From the NCBI GenBank assembly GCA_031414535.1, contig JANNVQ010000040.1, positions 1-64,000 of the forward strand: DNA of 64,000 bases. Direction: 5' to 3'. A program made the position numbers and the translations under genes. Positions 1 to 9,684 of this stretch are shown here, one piece after another (the first letter of the stretch is position 1; the number at the start of each line of letters is the position of its first letter). The notes below the pieces were generated by a model. That model worked only from the letters and a program-made list of their open reading frames with translations. It was not told where the DNA came from and did no database searches. This DNA comes from Gemmatimonas sp. GTDB lineage: Bacteria > Gemmatimonadota > Gemmatimonadetes > Gemmatimonadales > Gemmatimonadaceae.

Positions 1-99
1 GAACGGGGGGGCCGGTTTAATTTCTCCCGGCGGAGGGATGAGGTATGCCGGTTGACAAAAGCTTCGGTCTTCGGTCATCCGTCCACCATTCGTTCGCGC

Positions 100-2211
100 C
101 TACCTCACCCGCACAATTTCCAGCGGCACCCCAGCCGGCCCGAACTTGAGCAGGCGGTGCGGCGCCGCGGCCTCAATCCAATACGTCCCGGGCGCTTCTC
201 CGCCAGTGTACGACACGCGGAACGCCGCGAAGCTACCAGCGGGAACCGTCACCGACTCCTCGCCTTCCACTCGCAGAGTGCGGCGCTCCACTACTCCGCG
301 CCCCGAGGAGAACACGCCGACATCAATCGTCGCGCCGGGTTGCCAGTTGAAGAACGGCAATAGCGCGACGAGCACATTGTCGTCCACCGTGCCTTCGGGA
401 ATGGTCACGTCGGCGTAACGCACTTCCTGCATGCCACCTTGGCCTGGCGTGAGACCATCACCGGAGGCCTTGCCGTTGATGTAGCGCACATTGAGGCGCA
501 GGTCGCTGCCCTGGAACTTGCCCGTCTGTTCGGTGCGCAACATGCCCAGCGCTCGCGTGAACTCCACGCTTGTGGACTGCTGAATAATTGGCCCCAGCAC
601 GGAACGTTCACGGTAAGTCCAACCCTGCGCCGAGGGATCGAGCGTCATCACTTGATAGCCGAAGTTGTTGCCCTGTACCATCACGGCAAACGAATCGCTG
701 CTGGCACGCAACGCGGCCGGGTTGAGCGCCAGCGGAACAGCCTTCACTTCCAGAGCCGCAGCGGCCATTGGCTGACCATCAATATCCACCAGCGTCACCG
801 GCGCAATCTTCTCGAGACGCTCGCGCAACGCGAGACCATCGCCCACCACCACGATGAGCGCCGCCTCGCCTCGCATGCCCGAACGCGCAGCCGCCTGCAC
901 CTGCTCAGGCGTGAGCGCCGCGAGGCGCTGCCGATACGTCTGCACGTAATCGTTGGCGAGGCCGAGCAGTCGCGCCGTCGCAACCTGTGAAGCCACCTGC
1001 TGCGCGGTCTCAATCGTGAGCGGGAAGCGCCCGGTTAGCGTCTGCTGCTGGCGCTCAAACTCCGCGCGCGGCACGGTCTGGTTGCCCATGCGCCGCAGCT
1101 GCACGAGCAGCTCCACCAGCGCCGAGTCCGTGACGTCGGTGCGCACTTCAGCCGTTGCCGTGAAGGAGCCGAGGCCTCGCACCTTGTCCACGCCAGAGTA
1201 GGCGCCGTAGGTCCATCCCTTCTCCTCGCGCAGGATGCTGAACAGACGCGCATCGCTGGCGCCGCCAAGAATCTGATTGGCCAAGTCGAGTGCGTATCCG
1301 CGCGAGTCGGTGGGCAACCACGTGGTGTTGCCCACGACGATGTTGGACTGCACCGAGCCGGGGCGATGGACGAGCAGAATCTCCGTGCGTGCACGCTGCG
1401 GCGCCGGACGCGCCGGTGGCGGTGTAGCACCGCGGCCCGTCCACGCGGCAAAGCTCCGCTGCACGAGTCGGTGCGCCTCGGCGCTATCAATCGCGCCGGC
1501 CAACACCAACAAGGCCTGCGCGGGCCTCACACGATTCGCATGGAACTCAACCAGGTCATTACGCGTGATCGCGCGCACGCTGGTTTCATCGGCCCGACGT
1601 CCGTAGGGATGATCGCCGTAGATGCCCTTCGCAAACGTGCGGCCCGCGATGGCATCGGGCTGCGAACGGGCCAGAGCCAAGGCTGATAGCGTCTGCGTAC
1701 GCAGTAGATCGAGCTCGGAGGCCGGAAATTGCGGTCGGAGCAAGGCATCCGATAGCAATTCAAACGCCAGTTCACGGTCATCCGTCAGCACCGACGTCGC
1801 GACGCTCATAAAGTCCGAGCCGGCGTAGGCCGATAGCGTTCCACCGACGCGTTCAATGGCCGCCGACATCTCCTCGGCACTGCGCAGACCGGCGCCCTTG
1901 GTGAGCAAACCCGCCACCATGTCGGCAAGACCACTCTTGGTGGCCGGATCATAGAGCGTCCCTGCCATCACCGAGAGCTGCATCGAAAGCACTGGCTGTT
2001 TGGCGCTTGGCACGAGCACCACGCGCAGGCCGTTCTCGAGCTCGAACTCCACAAAGGCTGGGAACTGCGCCTCCGCCAATGGCAGTGGAGCCGGAGGGGA
2101 TTGGCGTTGCGGAGCGCCCGGTGCGGCTTGCGCTGGCCTCTGCTGCGCTTCAGCGCTCAGGCCGAGCATCACGACGCCCACCGACGCGGCAAGAAGTTGG
2201 TTCATGCGCAT
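100..2211 (-). CDS. M16 (pitrilysin) family protease, probably non-catalytic subunit, with extra C-terminal domain
   Basis: LENGLRV start of M16 fold, GLADMVAGLL instead of HxxEH, RLFSILREEKGWTYG (R/Y motif); signal peptide. Confidence 0.85.
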   Translation of the reverse strand: MRMNQLLAASVGVVMLGLSAEAQQRPAQAAPGAPQRQSPPAPLPLAEAQFPAFVEFELENGLRVVLVPSAKQPVLSMQLSVMAGTLYDPATKSGLADMVAGLLTKGAGLRSAEEMSAAIERVGGTLSAYAGSDFMSVATSVLTDDRELAFELLSDALLRPQFPASELDLLRTQTLSALALARSQPDAIAGRTFAKGIYGDHPYGRRADETSVRAITRNDLVEFHANRVRPAQALLVLAGAIDSAEAHRLVQRSFAAWTGRGATPPPARPAPQRARTEILLVHRPGSVQSNIVVGNTTWLPTDSRGYALDLANQILGGASDARLFSILREEKGWTYGAYSGVDKVRGLGSFTATAEVRTDVTDSALVELLVQLRRMGNQTVPRAEFERQQQTLTGRFPLTIETAQQVASQVATARLLGLANDYVQTYRQRLAALTPEQVQAAARSGMRGEAALIVVVGDGLALRERLEKIAPVTLVDIDGQPMAAAALEVKAVPLALNPAALRASSDSFAVMVQGNNFGYQVMTLDPSAQGWTYRERSVLGPIIQQSTSVEFTRALGMLRTEQTGKFQGSDLRLNVRYINGKASGDGLTPGQGGMQEVRYADVTIPEGTVDDNVLVALLPFFNWQPGATIDVGVFSSGRGVVERRTLRVEGEESVTVPAGSFAAFRVSYTGGEAPGTYWIEAAAPHRLLKFGPAGVPLEIVRVR

Positions 2212-2212
2212 G

Positions 2213-3619
2213 TTAGCGAGCCTCCGGCGCGATCAGCAGGGTAAGTGATCGCTCGGGGCGCAAATAGGTCCGCGCCACACGTCGCAAATCAGCCACGGTG
2301 ACCGCGGAGTAGCGCGCGGCCTCAGCGTTCAATGCCTCGGGCCCACCCAAGTACATGGCTGCGAAGTGAATGCCCTCCGCGAGCGCCTCGGCGCGCTGCC
2401 GTTCGAAGATGGTGTTGGAGCGCCAAGTGCTCTTCGCCTTCTCGAGCTCTTCGTTGGTGACGCGGTCCGCGAGTTCAAACAACTCCGACGCGAGCTCACG
2501 GCTCAAGGAGTCCACGCTCACTCCGGAGTTGGCAATCGCCAGCGCACCGAAGGTGCCGCTCGCCCGCATTGGCCCAAAGGGATCGTGCAGCGACTGCACC
2601 GCCACGGCAGAGCGCGTGCCACGCACCATGGTGCGGTTCAAGCGGCTGCTCTCGCCCGCTCCGAGAATTGTCGAGAGCAAGGCCAGCGCGGGGTAGTCAG
2701 CATGGGCGGGCGGAACCGCGCGCACCACAGTGATTACGGCAGGCAGCGTGGCGTTGTTGTCGGTGACCCGACGCACGACCGCAGCACCGGCACCCTGCGC
2801 CGCATCGCAGGTCACAGGATCACGGCGCGGCCCAGCGGGAATATTTCCAAAGTACTGCTGCGCGAGACGCATCAGCTGGGGCATACTTGCGTCGCCCACC
2901 ACGACCAAGGTCGCGTTACTCGGATTGTAGTAGGTGCGAAAGAATTCTTTCACATCGTCAACGCTGGCCGCGTCTAGGTCGGCCATGGACCCGATGATCG
3001 AGTGCGAGTACGCAAAGCAGCGCTGGGCATCCCAGAGCAGCGGCAGTGAATCTACGAGCGCTCCAGAATACGGCTGATTGTCCACGCGCAAGCGCCGCTC
3101 TTCCTTCACCGCCTGCCGCTGGTTCTCGAGGTTCTCGGCGGTCACTGCGAGCGAGCGCATACGGTCAGCCTCGAGCCAGAGCGCAAGGTTCAGCCGATTA
3201 GACGGCAACACCTGGTAGTAGTTGGTGCGGTCGGGCTGCGTGCTCCCGTTAAATGATCCGCCCGCGCGCTCCACGAGCTGGCCGTGTTCCATTTTTCCCA
3301 AGTTGGCCGAGCCTTGGAACATCATGTGCTCAAAGAGATGCGCGAAGCCAGTGCGGCCCGCGCGCTCGTTTCGTGAGCCCACGTCGTACCACACGTTGAC
3401 AGCCACGACCTGCGCGCTGTGGTCCTCCACCAAGTGCACCCGGAGTCCGTTGGCCAGCGTAAACGATTCCACCTTCACCGGCGTGGGGTCTTGGGCGGCA
3501 ACGGGCACCGCGAGGGGCGCCGCGAGAACCGAGGCCCGCAGTGCCGTCCGCAGTGCCGTCCGCATGGAGCTGGCCGCGCCACGCAGTCGAGAGAACCGTC
3601 TTGAGCGAAGTCTTGTCAT
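2213..3619 (-). CDS. M16 family zinc protease, catalytic subunit (start may be 3565)
   Basis: GFAHLFEHMMFQGS inverted zincin HxxEH, LWLEADRM, VKEERR. Confidence 0.9.
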   Translation of the reverse strand: MTRLRSRRFSRLRGAASSMRTALRTALRASVLAAPLAVPVAAQDPTPVKVESFTLANGLRVHLVEDHSAQVVAVNVWYDVGSRNERAGRTGFAHLFEHMMFQGSANLGKMEHGQLVERAGGSFNGSTQPDRTNYYQVLPSNRLNLALWLEADRMRSLAVTAENLENQRQAVKEERRLRVDNQPYSGALVDSLPLLWDAQRCFAYSHSIIGSMADLDAASVDDVKEFFRTYYNPSNATLVVVGDASMPQLMRLAQQYFGNIPAGPRRDPVTCDAAQGAGAAVVRRVTDNNATLPAVITVVRAVPPAHADYPALALLSTILGAGESSRLNRTMVRGTRSAVAVQSLHDPFGPMRASGTFGALAIANSGVSVDSLSRELASELFELADRVTNEELEKAKSTWRSNTIFERQRAEALAEGIHFAAMYLGGPEALNAEAARYSAVTVADLRRVARTYLRPERSLTLLIAPEAR

Positions 3620-3640
3620 CGCGAATGAAGGTGTGGGCGC

Positions 3641-4144
3641 TCAGCGCCCGGTGGAGCCGAATCCGCCCGCGCGTTCTGTACTGCGCGCCACCGATCCAGC
3701 CGCAAAGTCCAAGGTTTCGTACCGTGACAGCACCATCTGCGCGATGCGCTCGCCGTGCGTAATCACCAGCGGGGTTGTCCCCCCATTCTTCACCGGTACC
3801 ATCCACTCGTCCGGAAAGTCCGCATCAATGGTGCCCGGGGAGTTCACGATGACGAGGTCCGTCTTGAGCGAAGTCCCCGAGCGCGGCCGAACCTGCGCCT
3901 CGTACCCCACAGGCAGCCGCGCCCGAAATCCCAAGGGCACGAGCGCCTTTTCACCCGGGGCAAGGGTGATGCTCCTCACCGAACTGACGGTCACTACCGC
4001 CCGATCCTCGCGCTTGCCGTGAACAAAAACCGGAACCTGCCCGCCGACGAGACAGGCGGCAAGATCATGCCCAGCGCTCGCGGCGGTCGCTCGTTGCGGA
4101 GGCTGGACCCCCTCGTACAAGGCCTCGAAAATGATGGCTGTCAT
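3641..4144 (-). CDS. dut: dUTP diphosphatase
   Basis: SAGHDL, QVRPRSG, PGTIDAD, ERIAQ, RAGGFGSTG motifs. Confidence 0.95.
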   Translation of the reverse strand: MTAIIFEALYEGVQPPQRATAASAGHDLAACLVGGQVPVFVHGKREDRAVVTVSSVRSITLAPGEKALVPLGFRARLPVGYEAQVRPRSGTSLKTDLVIVNSPGTIDADFPDEWMVPVKNGGTTPLVITHGERIAQMVLSRYETLDFAAGSVARSTERAGGFGSTGR

Positions 4145-4190
4145 GCGGGAAAACTACAACCAGAAGGCGCCTGCGGGGTACATTGGATTC

Positions 4191-5945
4191 ATGCGCCTCA
4201 ACGCCGCCCTTCGCGCTCTCACGCCGCTGCTCCTTCTCCTCGCGTCCTCGCCCGCGCTCAGCGCGCAGGACGTCCCCGTAGACAGCGCTGCCAGCGGCGT
4301 GGACCCGCGCGAGCAGGCGCAACGCTCACAGGAGCGCTTCGAGAATTTTCGCCGCGCCAACCTGATGTCGTACAACGGCGGGAGCGCCGGCCAATGCCAA
4401 GAGCGCGTGGGACGCTTCTGCTACTGGTACGACGAGAAGTCCCCGCCTCCGCCGCCCGAACGTCCCATCGTGGTAGCAGCGCGCCTGCAATTCGTCCGCA
4501 CGCTCGACTCGCTCGCGCGCATTCTGCCCACCGACGAGTTCATCGCCGGGCAGCGCGTGCGCTACTCAATGGAAGCCGGCCTTGCCGAACCCGCGCTCGC
4601 CGCGGCGCTTGAGTGCCGCGCGTACGGATGGTGGTGCTCGGGCCTCAAGGGCCTGACCCTGCACAACCTTGGCCGCTACGCCGAAGCCGAGGTCGTGTGG
4701 GATTCCACGCTCGCCAAGATGTCCACACCCCAGCGATGCTCGTGGACGGACATCTCGCTGTACCTCGATGACGACACGCGACGGCAGTACTCGCGCAACG
4801 CCTGCGGGAGCGAACAGCGCGTCGCGTTCGAACGTCGCAGTTGGTGGCTCTCACGCGTGCGCTACGGCATGCGCGGCAACGACCTGCGCTCCGAACACTT
4901 TTCGCGCCTGACCTACGCTGAGATTCTGCGCGGCAGTACCACGCCATACGCGTTTGGCTTTGACGAGGACGAGCGCGAGTTGCTCCTACGCTTCGGATGG
5001 ACCCGCGCCTGGACCCGCGGCCCTGATACTCCCGCCAGACCCGGCCAACCGCGGCAGGAGAACATCATCGGCTATGAACCAGTGCCGGCGTATCGCTTCA
5101 TTCCGCCGTTTCACGTCCTGACGGCGCCGGTGACTTCCGACAGCACAGATTGGGCCGTGCAACTCCCGCCTGTGGTGGCGCGCTACCACCCGCCCTACGC
5201 CACCCGTCTGCTGATGCTTGAGCACCAACAGGGTCTCTTCCGCCGCGGCGACACCGCCCTCGTGGTGGTGGCCTACGACGTGCGCAAGATTGAGCGCATC
5301 GGCAACTCGCCGATCGAAGCCGCGCTCATCGCCACGCCCACAGGAACGCCGCAGCAGTTGGAGAACATTCAGCGCGGCGCGTCCAAGCGAGGCACGATGA
5401 TGGTGCGCGCGCCCTGGGGTCCGCTCCTGATGAGCGCCGAGATTGCGGTGCCAGCCGAGAGCACCTTGGTGCGGGCGCGCTACGGCATTCGTCCGCCATT
5501 GGCCACGGGTACCCGCGTCTCGCTCTCCGACTTGCTCTTCTACGAACCCTACGGACAGTTCCCCACGAGCATCGAGGAAGCCCTGCCGCACGCCATTCCC
5601 ACGCAGCGACTGAACAGTGGCCAGAAGCTCGGGGTGTTCTGGGAGTCTTACGGCACCAATCCCAGCGGCGAGGTGATCACGATCTCGCTCACGGTGGTTC
5701 CCGAGACCGAGGAGTCGAGCGCGATGTCTCGCGCGGCTCGCCGCCTGGGACTCGCGCGCGGTTCTGCCCCCGTCTCGCTCACGGTACAGGACGTTTCCAC
5801 GCGCGGCAGCTCCACCTCCGCCCGGGCGCTTGAGCTCGATATCTCCACGCTCCGACGGGGCGAGTACCTCGTCCAGCTTGAGGTCACCGTGGCCGGCCAG
5901 TACACCATCCGCACGGATCGCCGCATTGTCGTGACCGGTTCGTGA
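4191..5945 (+). CDS. Exported hypothetical protein, GWxTD-like central region
   Basis: Signal peptide from ATG 4191; NDLRSEHFSR...LLLRFGW resembles GWxTD-domain proteins; TACATT 6 nt upstream. Confidence 0.6.
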   Translation: MRLNAALRALTPLLLLLASSPALSAQDVPVDSAASGVDPREQAQRSQERFENFRRANLMSYNGGSAGQCQERVGRFCYWYDEKSPPPPPERPIVVAARLQFVRTLDSLARILPTDEFIAGQRVRYSMEAGLAEPALAAALECRAYGWWCSGLKGLTLHNLGRYAEAEVVWDSTLAKMSTPQRCSWTDISLYLDDDTRRQYSRNACGSEQRVAFERRSWWLSRVRYGMRGNDLRSEHFSRLTYAEILRGSTTPYAFGFDEDERELLLRFGWTRAWTRGPDTPARPGQPRQENIIGYEPVPAYRFIPPFHVLTAPVTSDSTDWAVQLPPVVARYHPPYATRLLMLEHQQGLFRRGDTALVVVAYDVRKIERIGNSPIEAALIATPTGTPQQLENIQRGASKRGTMMVRAPWGPLLMSAEIAVPAESTLVRARYGIRPPLATGTRVSLSDLLFYEPYGQFPTSIEEALPHAIPTQRLNSGQKLGVFWESYGTNPSGEVITISLTVVPETEESSAMSRAARRLGLARGSAPVSLTVQDVSTRGSSTSARALELDISTLRRGEYLVQLEVTVAGQYTIRTDRRIVVTGS

Positions 5946-6892
5946 TTATGTTTCGCGCGCCTATGCGCATCCCTACTCTTCTTGTTCTTACCGCCGCTGG
6001 CGCCCTCGTGGCCGCCGGTCAGCGCGACTCCGTAAAGACGGCCTCCGCGCAGTCCACCAACCCAGCATCCGCGGTTCCGGCGGCAGAGCCGATTCCCGGC
6101 GGCCGTCCGCTGCCCGGTGCCATTTTGCCGAGCCATCGCATCATTGCCTATTACGGCAATCCGCTCTCGCGGCGCATGGGTGTGATGGGCGAGTATCCGC
6201 CTGATCAAATGCTGGCGATGCTCGATGCCGAAGTCGCCGCGTGGGAAGCCGCGGATCCGAGCACGCCGGTGAAGCCAGCATTGCATCTGATTGCCGTGGT
6301 GGCGCGCGACAACCCCGGCCCCGACGGAAAGTATCGGGGGCGAATGGCCGACACCTTGATCGAGCGCGTGGCCAAGTGGGCCGAGACGCGTGATGCCTTG
6401 GTGTTTATTGATCTCCAGGTCGGGTTGTCCACGCTGCAGGAAGAACTGCCACGCCTCGCGCCATTTTTGCGGCGGCCCAACTTCCACCTCGGCATTGATC
6501 CCGAGTTCTCAATGAAGGACGGTGGCATCCCCGGGCGCCGCATTGGCACCTACGATGCCGCGGACATCAATTACGCCGTGCGTTTTCTCTCCGAATTGGC
6601 GAGGGCGAATCGCATTCCGCCCAAGGTGCTCGTGGTGCATCGCTTCACGCGCCGCGGCGTGACCAATGCCCAGAACATTCGCCTCGATCCGCACGTGCAA
6701 ATCGTAATGCACATGGATGGCTTCGGCCCGCCGACGCTCAAGCGTGGCACGTTCAACAACTTCATCCGCACAGAGCCGGTGCAGTTCGTGGGCTGGAAGC
6801 AGTTCTACAAGGCGAGGAACGATGACCCGCGCACGACCATCCGCGAGATTCTCGCGCTGAGACCGCGGGTGCTGTATGTGCAGTACCAGTAG
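5942..6892 (+). CDS. Exported conserved hypothetical protein
   Basis: GTG overlaps upstream stop; signal-like N-terminus; YYGNP, HLGIDPEF, HMDGFG, ends YVQYQ. Confidence 0.7.
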   Translation: MIMFRAPMRIPTLLVLTAAGALVAAGQRDSVKTASAQSTNPASAVPAAEPIPGGRPLPGAILPSHRIIAYYGNPLSRRMGVMGEYPPDQMLAMLDAEVAAWEAADPSTPVKPALHLIAVVARDNPGPDGKYRGRMADTLIERVAKWAETRDALVFIDLQVGLSTLQEELPRLAPFLRRPNFHLGIDPEFSMKDGGIPGRRIGTYDAADINYAVRFLSELARANRIPPKVLVVHRFTRRGVTNAQNIRLDPHVQIVMHMDGFGPPTLKRGTFNNFIRTEPVQFVGWKQFYKARNDDPRTTIREILALRPRVLYVQYQ

Positions 6893-6980
6893 AGGACGGA
6901 TGACGGAGGATGGATGATGGAAGGGGAGCGAGCCGATGAATTGGCGCGCTCCCCTTGTCGCTTCCATCATCCGTGTCCTC
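6892..6980. repeat. Intergenic palindrome built from GACGGAT-like heptamers between convergent genes
   Basis: GGATGATGGAAG...CTTCCATCATCC and AAGGGGAGCG/CGCTCCCCTT inverted arms. Confidence 0.7.
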
Positions 6981-7576
6981 TACCTAACCAGCACCACCCC
7001 GCGCACCCCATCCGCCTGCGCAAAGAGTTTCCCGTTGGGATTGTAGAAGTAGATGCGGCGCTTGCGCCCCTCGACAATCTCGTCGGCACTGGCGAATCGC
7101 TGCACCAGTGCGAGTTGGCCCGCTTCGAGCACGGGGAAAGTTGCCGCCGGGTAGCTGACGAAGACTTCGTCCTGTTGGATGTCCACGACGGCGGTTGCGC
7201 GCGTCTGCTTGATGACGGCGAGCGCTTCGTCGCGTTGGATGGGCGTGGCAATCACATCGGACTGGACCACGCCAGCTTCGAACTGCGGTTCCTCGCGCGT
7301 GGTGAACCAGAGGACGAGCACGAGCAGAATACCGCCCACCGTGTACTGCACCAGCGGCGTTTGCCGGCGGAAGGTCGCCCAGGCATCCCGACCACGCGCT
7401 TTGACGAGCGCTATGGCGTCCCCGATTGGCGACTTCTGGGCCGGTGCCTGGGTCGGAGACATTCGCGTGCTCAACCGCCGACCCGCCCCCGTGACCGGTT
7501 CGGTCGGGTAGGGCGTGTAGCAAAACGGGCACACACGGAGGTTTTTGCTTTCCTTATTGCAGACGGCGCATAGCAT
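6980..7576 (-). CDS. Hypothetical membrane protein with N-terminal zinc ribbon
   Basis: CxxC...CxxC at N-terminus, single TM helix. Confidence 0.7.
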   Translation of the reverse strand: MLCAVCNKESKNLRVCPFCYTPYPTEPVTGAGRRLSTRMSPTQAPAQKSPIGDAIALVKARGRDAWATFRRQTPLVQYTVGGILLVLVLWFTTREEPQFEAGVVQSDVIATPIQRDEALAVIKQTRATAVVDIQQDEVFVSYPAATFPVLEAGQLALVQRFASADEIVEGRKRRIYFYNPNGKLFAQADGVRGVVLVR

Positions 7577-7595
7577 CGTGCCTTAAAAGAAAGGG

Positions 7596-7627
7596 AGCCC
7601 GCACTCTCCTGCAATGGAGGGCGGGCT
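7596..7627 (-). terminator. Probable intrinsic terminator after rhodanese gene
   Basis: AGCCCGC/GCGGGCT stem with T-rich tail on minus strand. Confidence 0.5.
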
Positions 7628-7642
7628 TTTCCCCCGCACAAA

Positions 7643-7924
7643 TTAGGCGGCGCGGTAGTCTTGGCTCGCCTGCAACATCCCGCCGCCGTCCACCACCCGC
7701 GTGTAGCCCGCCTGCTTCAAGACCGCCGCCGCCTGTGCCGAACGGGCACCGCTGGCACAGTACACGAGGATGCGGCTCTGCTGGCTGAGGCCCAAACCAT
7801 CGAGCCCAACGGGCAACTTGTCGACGGACACATGCTTCGCCCCTTCGAGGTGGCCGAGCCAGAACTCTACGGTGCTGCGAACATCAATGACGACATCTAC
7901 GGGCGTCTTGCGATACGAAGGCAT
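7643..7924 (-). CDS. Rhodanese-like domain protein
   Basis: IDVR...GHLEGA...VYCASGARS. Confidence 0.9.
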   Translation of the reverse strand: MPSYRKTPVDVVIDVRSTVEFWLGHLEGAKHVSVDKLPVGLDGLGLSQQSRILVYCASGARSAQAAAVLKQAGYTRVVDGGGMLQASQDYRAA

Positions 7925-8006
7925 AAGCGGTCTGGTTAAGTGTGACTATTCAACTATTTAGTAGAATAACGACCCGAATCGGGTCCGTCAACTCCCCGTT
8001 CTCAGC

Positions 8007-8384
8007 TCAGTCCGGCAGGCGAGAGGCTGAGACCGCCAGCATCACCCAGCCGGCAATGAAGCACACCCCACCCAGCGGAGTGATGGCGCCCAAAGCACGG
8101 ACGCCGCTCAGGGCCATCGCGTAGAGCGAGCCTGAGAACAGCAGGGTCCCCGCCACAAACAACCAGCCGCTGGCCGACGCCATCCCCGCGCCACGGCCAC
8201 CCTGCCCCAGCAGCCAGGCGACCGCGAAGAGCCCCAGCGCGTGATACATCTGGTAGCGGGCGCCCGTCTCAAACACTTCAAGCATACGCGGCTCTAACCG
8301 CGCGCGAAGCGCGTGCGCGCCAAAGGCTCCAGCACCGACCGCAACGGCCGCCGAGAGCGCGCCGAGCATGGCAAAGAATCGCAT
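8007..8384 (-). CDS. DUF423 (YgdD/TMEM256) membrane protein
   Basis: GAFGAHAL, YQMYHAL, LFSGSLY, GAITPLGG; start MRFFAML at 8384. Confidence 0.9.
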   Translation of the reverse strand: MRFFAMLGALSAAVAVGAGAFGAHALRARLEPRMLEVFETGARYQMYHALGLFAVAWLLGQGGRGAGMASASGWLFVAGTLLFSGSLYAMALSGVRALGAITPLGGVCFIAGWVMLAVSASRLPD

Positions 8385-8386
8385 CG

Positions 8387-9058
8387 TTAGCTCAGGAGAT
8401 GGTACGAACCGACCGTGGCCAGGAATAGCCCCAACAACACGGTCATGACACTTAAGCCAAAGTACAGCCGATCCAGCGCACCGTATTTGTGTTGGTTGAT
8501 GGTCGAAAGTGTATGCAGTTGGTCCGTCAGTTCGGTGGTGAGGTTGTCCATCCGCAGATTGTCCCAAATCTCTCGATACCGCTGGCGGTCGCGGGCCACG
8601 GCATCGGCATGGAACAGCACCCGCATGCTCCGTCCGACCTCCACCGCGCTCGGCAACTCGCTCAGCGCTGGCGGGAGCACACCGCGGGGGCGCAACGCCG
8701 AGATGGCTTGGGCGATGTAGTACACGGTGACCACCACGTACACCCCCAGTTCCAGGCCGATGACGATGGCCCAAGGTCCGCGAGCGGGCAGCACGGCATC
8801 GCCTCCCCGCACCACCATCAGCACTGTCACCCCGTTCAGCACGCTCATGATGACGAGCGCGAAGCGCGCCTTCTTGTCGCCGAGTTCGATGAGATCTTGA
8901 GCCGCTTTGACGGCGTTGACGAGTGCGCGGTAACGATCCGCCGGGTCGAGCAAGCCCCGCTCGGCGTCGAGCTTGCGCAGAGCCTTCTCGGCTTTGTCCG
9001 CCTTCTCGGCAGCATCGCCCTTCACGGGCTTGGATGGCAGCGGCTCTTCCACCCGCAT
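8387..9058 (-). CDS. Pycsar transmembrane effector-like protein (DUF5706/PycTM type)
   Basis: IELGDKKA followed by 2 TM, LRPR, LFH, soluble helix, KY and final TM, matching the family pattern from memory. Confidence 0.7.
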   Translation of the reverse strand: MRVEEPLPSKPVKGDAAEKADKAEKALRKLDAERGLLDPADRYRALVNAVKAAQDLIELGDKKARFALVIMSVLNGVTVLMVVRGGDAVLPARGPWAIVIGLELGVYVVVTVYYIAQAISALRPRGVLPPALSELPSAVEVGRSMRVLFHADAVARDRQRYREIWDNLRMDNLTTELTDQLHTLSTINQHKYGALDRLYFGLSVMTVLLGLFLATVGSYHLLS

Positions 9059-9086
9059 AAGTTAGCGCGTGCCCAAGCGACCCGAC

Positions 9087-9665
9087 ATGCTAGGGATGTG
9101 GCTGCGGTTGCCCGCATTGTGCGTCGTTTTCGTCGCCTACGCCCCTCTCCCGACAATACCAGTGGATCAACCAGCGCCCGAATCACTTTTCGAGTTCGAC
9201 CTCGACCGCGACGTGGACTGGAGTGTCATGAACGACGGCGTGATGGGAGGTCGCTCGTCGGGGTTCGTCGCAATTGAGGCAGGCACCCTCCAATTCACGG
9301 GCACGCTGGTGACGCAGGGCGGCGGCTTCACCAGCGTACGAGCGCGACGCGACATTGACCTGAGCGGCATGGCCGGGCTTGAACTGCGGGTGCGTGGCAG
9401 TGGTCGTCAGTTTGAAATTGAGGTGGATGACGGCCAGCGTGCGTACGGGCGAAATGTGTCGCGGCGCGCGCCGTTTCCCACCACCGCCGAGTGGGTGGTG
9501 ATTCGTGTGCCATTCAGCGCGCTCAGGAGTACAATTTTCGGTCAACGCGTGGTTGCGCCGGACATCAATCTGGCGCGGACACGTGGCGTGGGGATTTTCC
9601 TCGCCGATCGGAAGGACGGCGCGTTTCGTCTCGAGGTGGATTACATCCGAGCCTACGCCGACTGA
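9087..9665 (+). CDS. CIA30/NDUFAF1 family protein
   Basis: WSVMNDGVMGGRS, GGFTSVR, FRLEVDYI. Confidence 0.88.
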   Translation: MLGMWLRLPALCVVFVAYAPLPTIPVDQPAPESLFEFDLDRDVDWSVMNDGVMGGRSSGFVAIEAGTLQFTGTLVTQGGGFTSVRARRDIDLSGMAGLELRVRGSGRQFEIEVDDGQRAYGRNVSRRAPFPTTAEWVVIRVPFSALRSTIFGQRVVAPDINLARTRGVGIFLADRKDGAFRLEVDYIRAYAD

Positions 9666-9684
9666 AGCGGCAATCGAACGACCC

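Noticed and set aside
100..3619. Active/inactive M16 protease pair
   Set aside because: Well-known heterodimer arrangement
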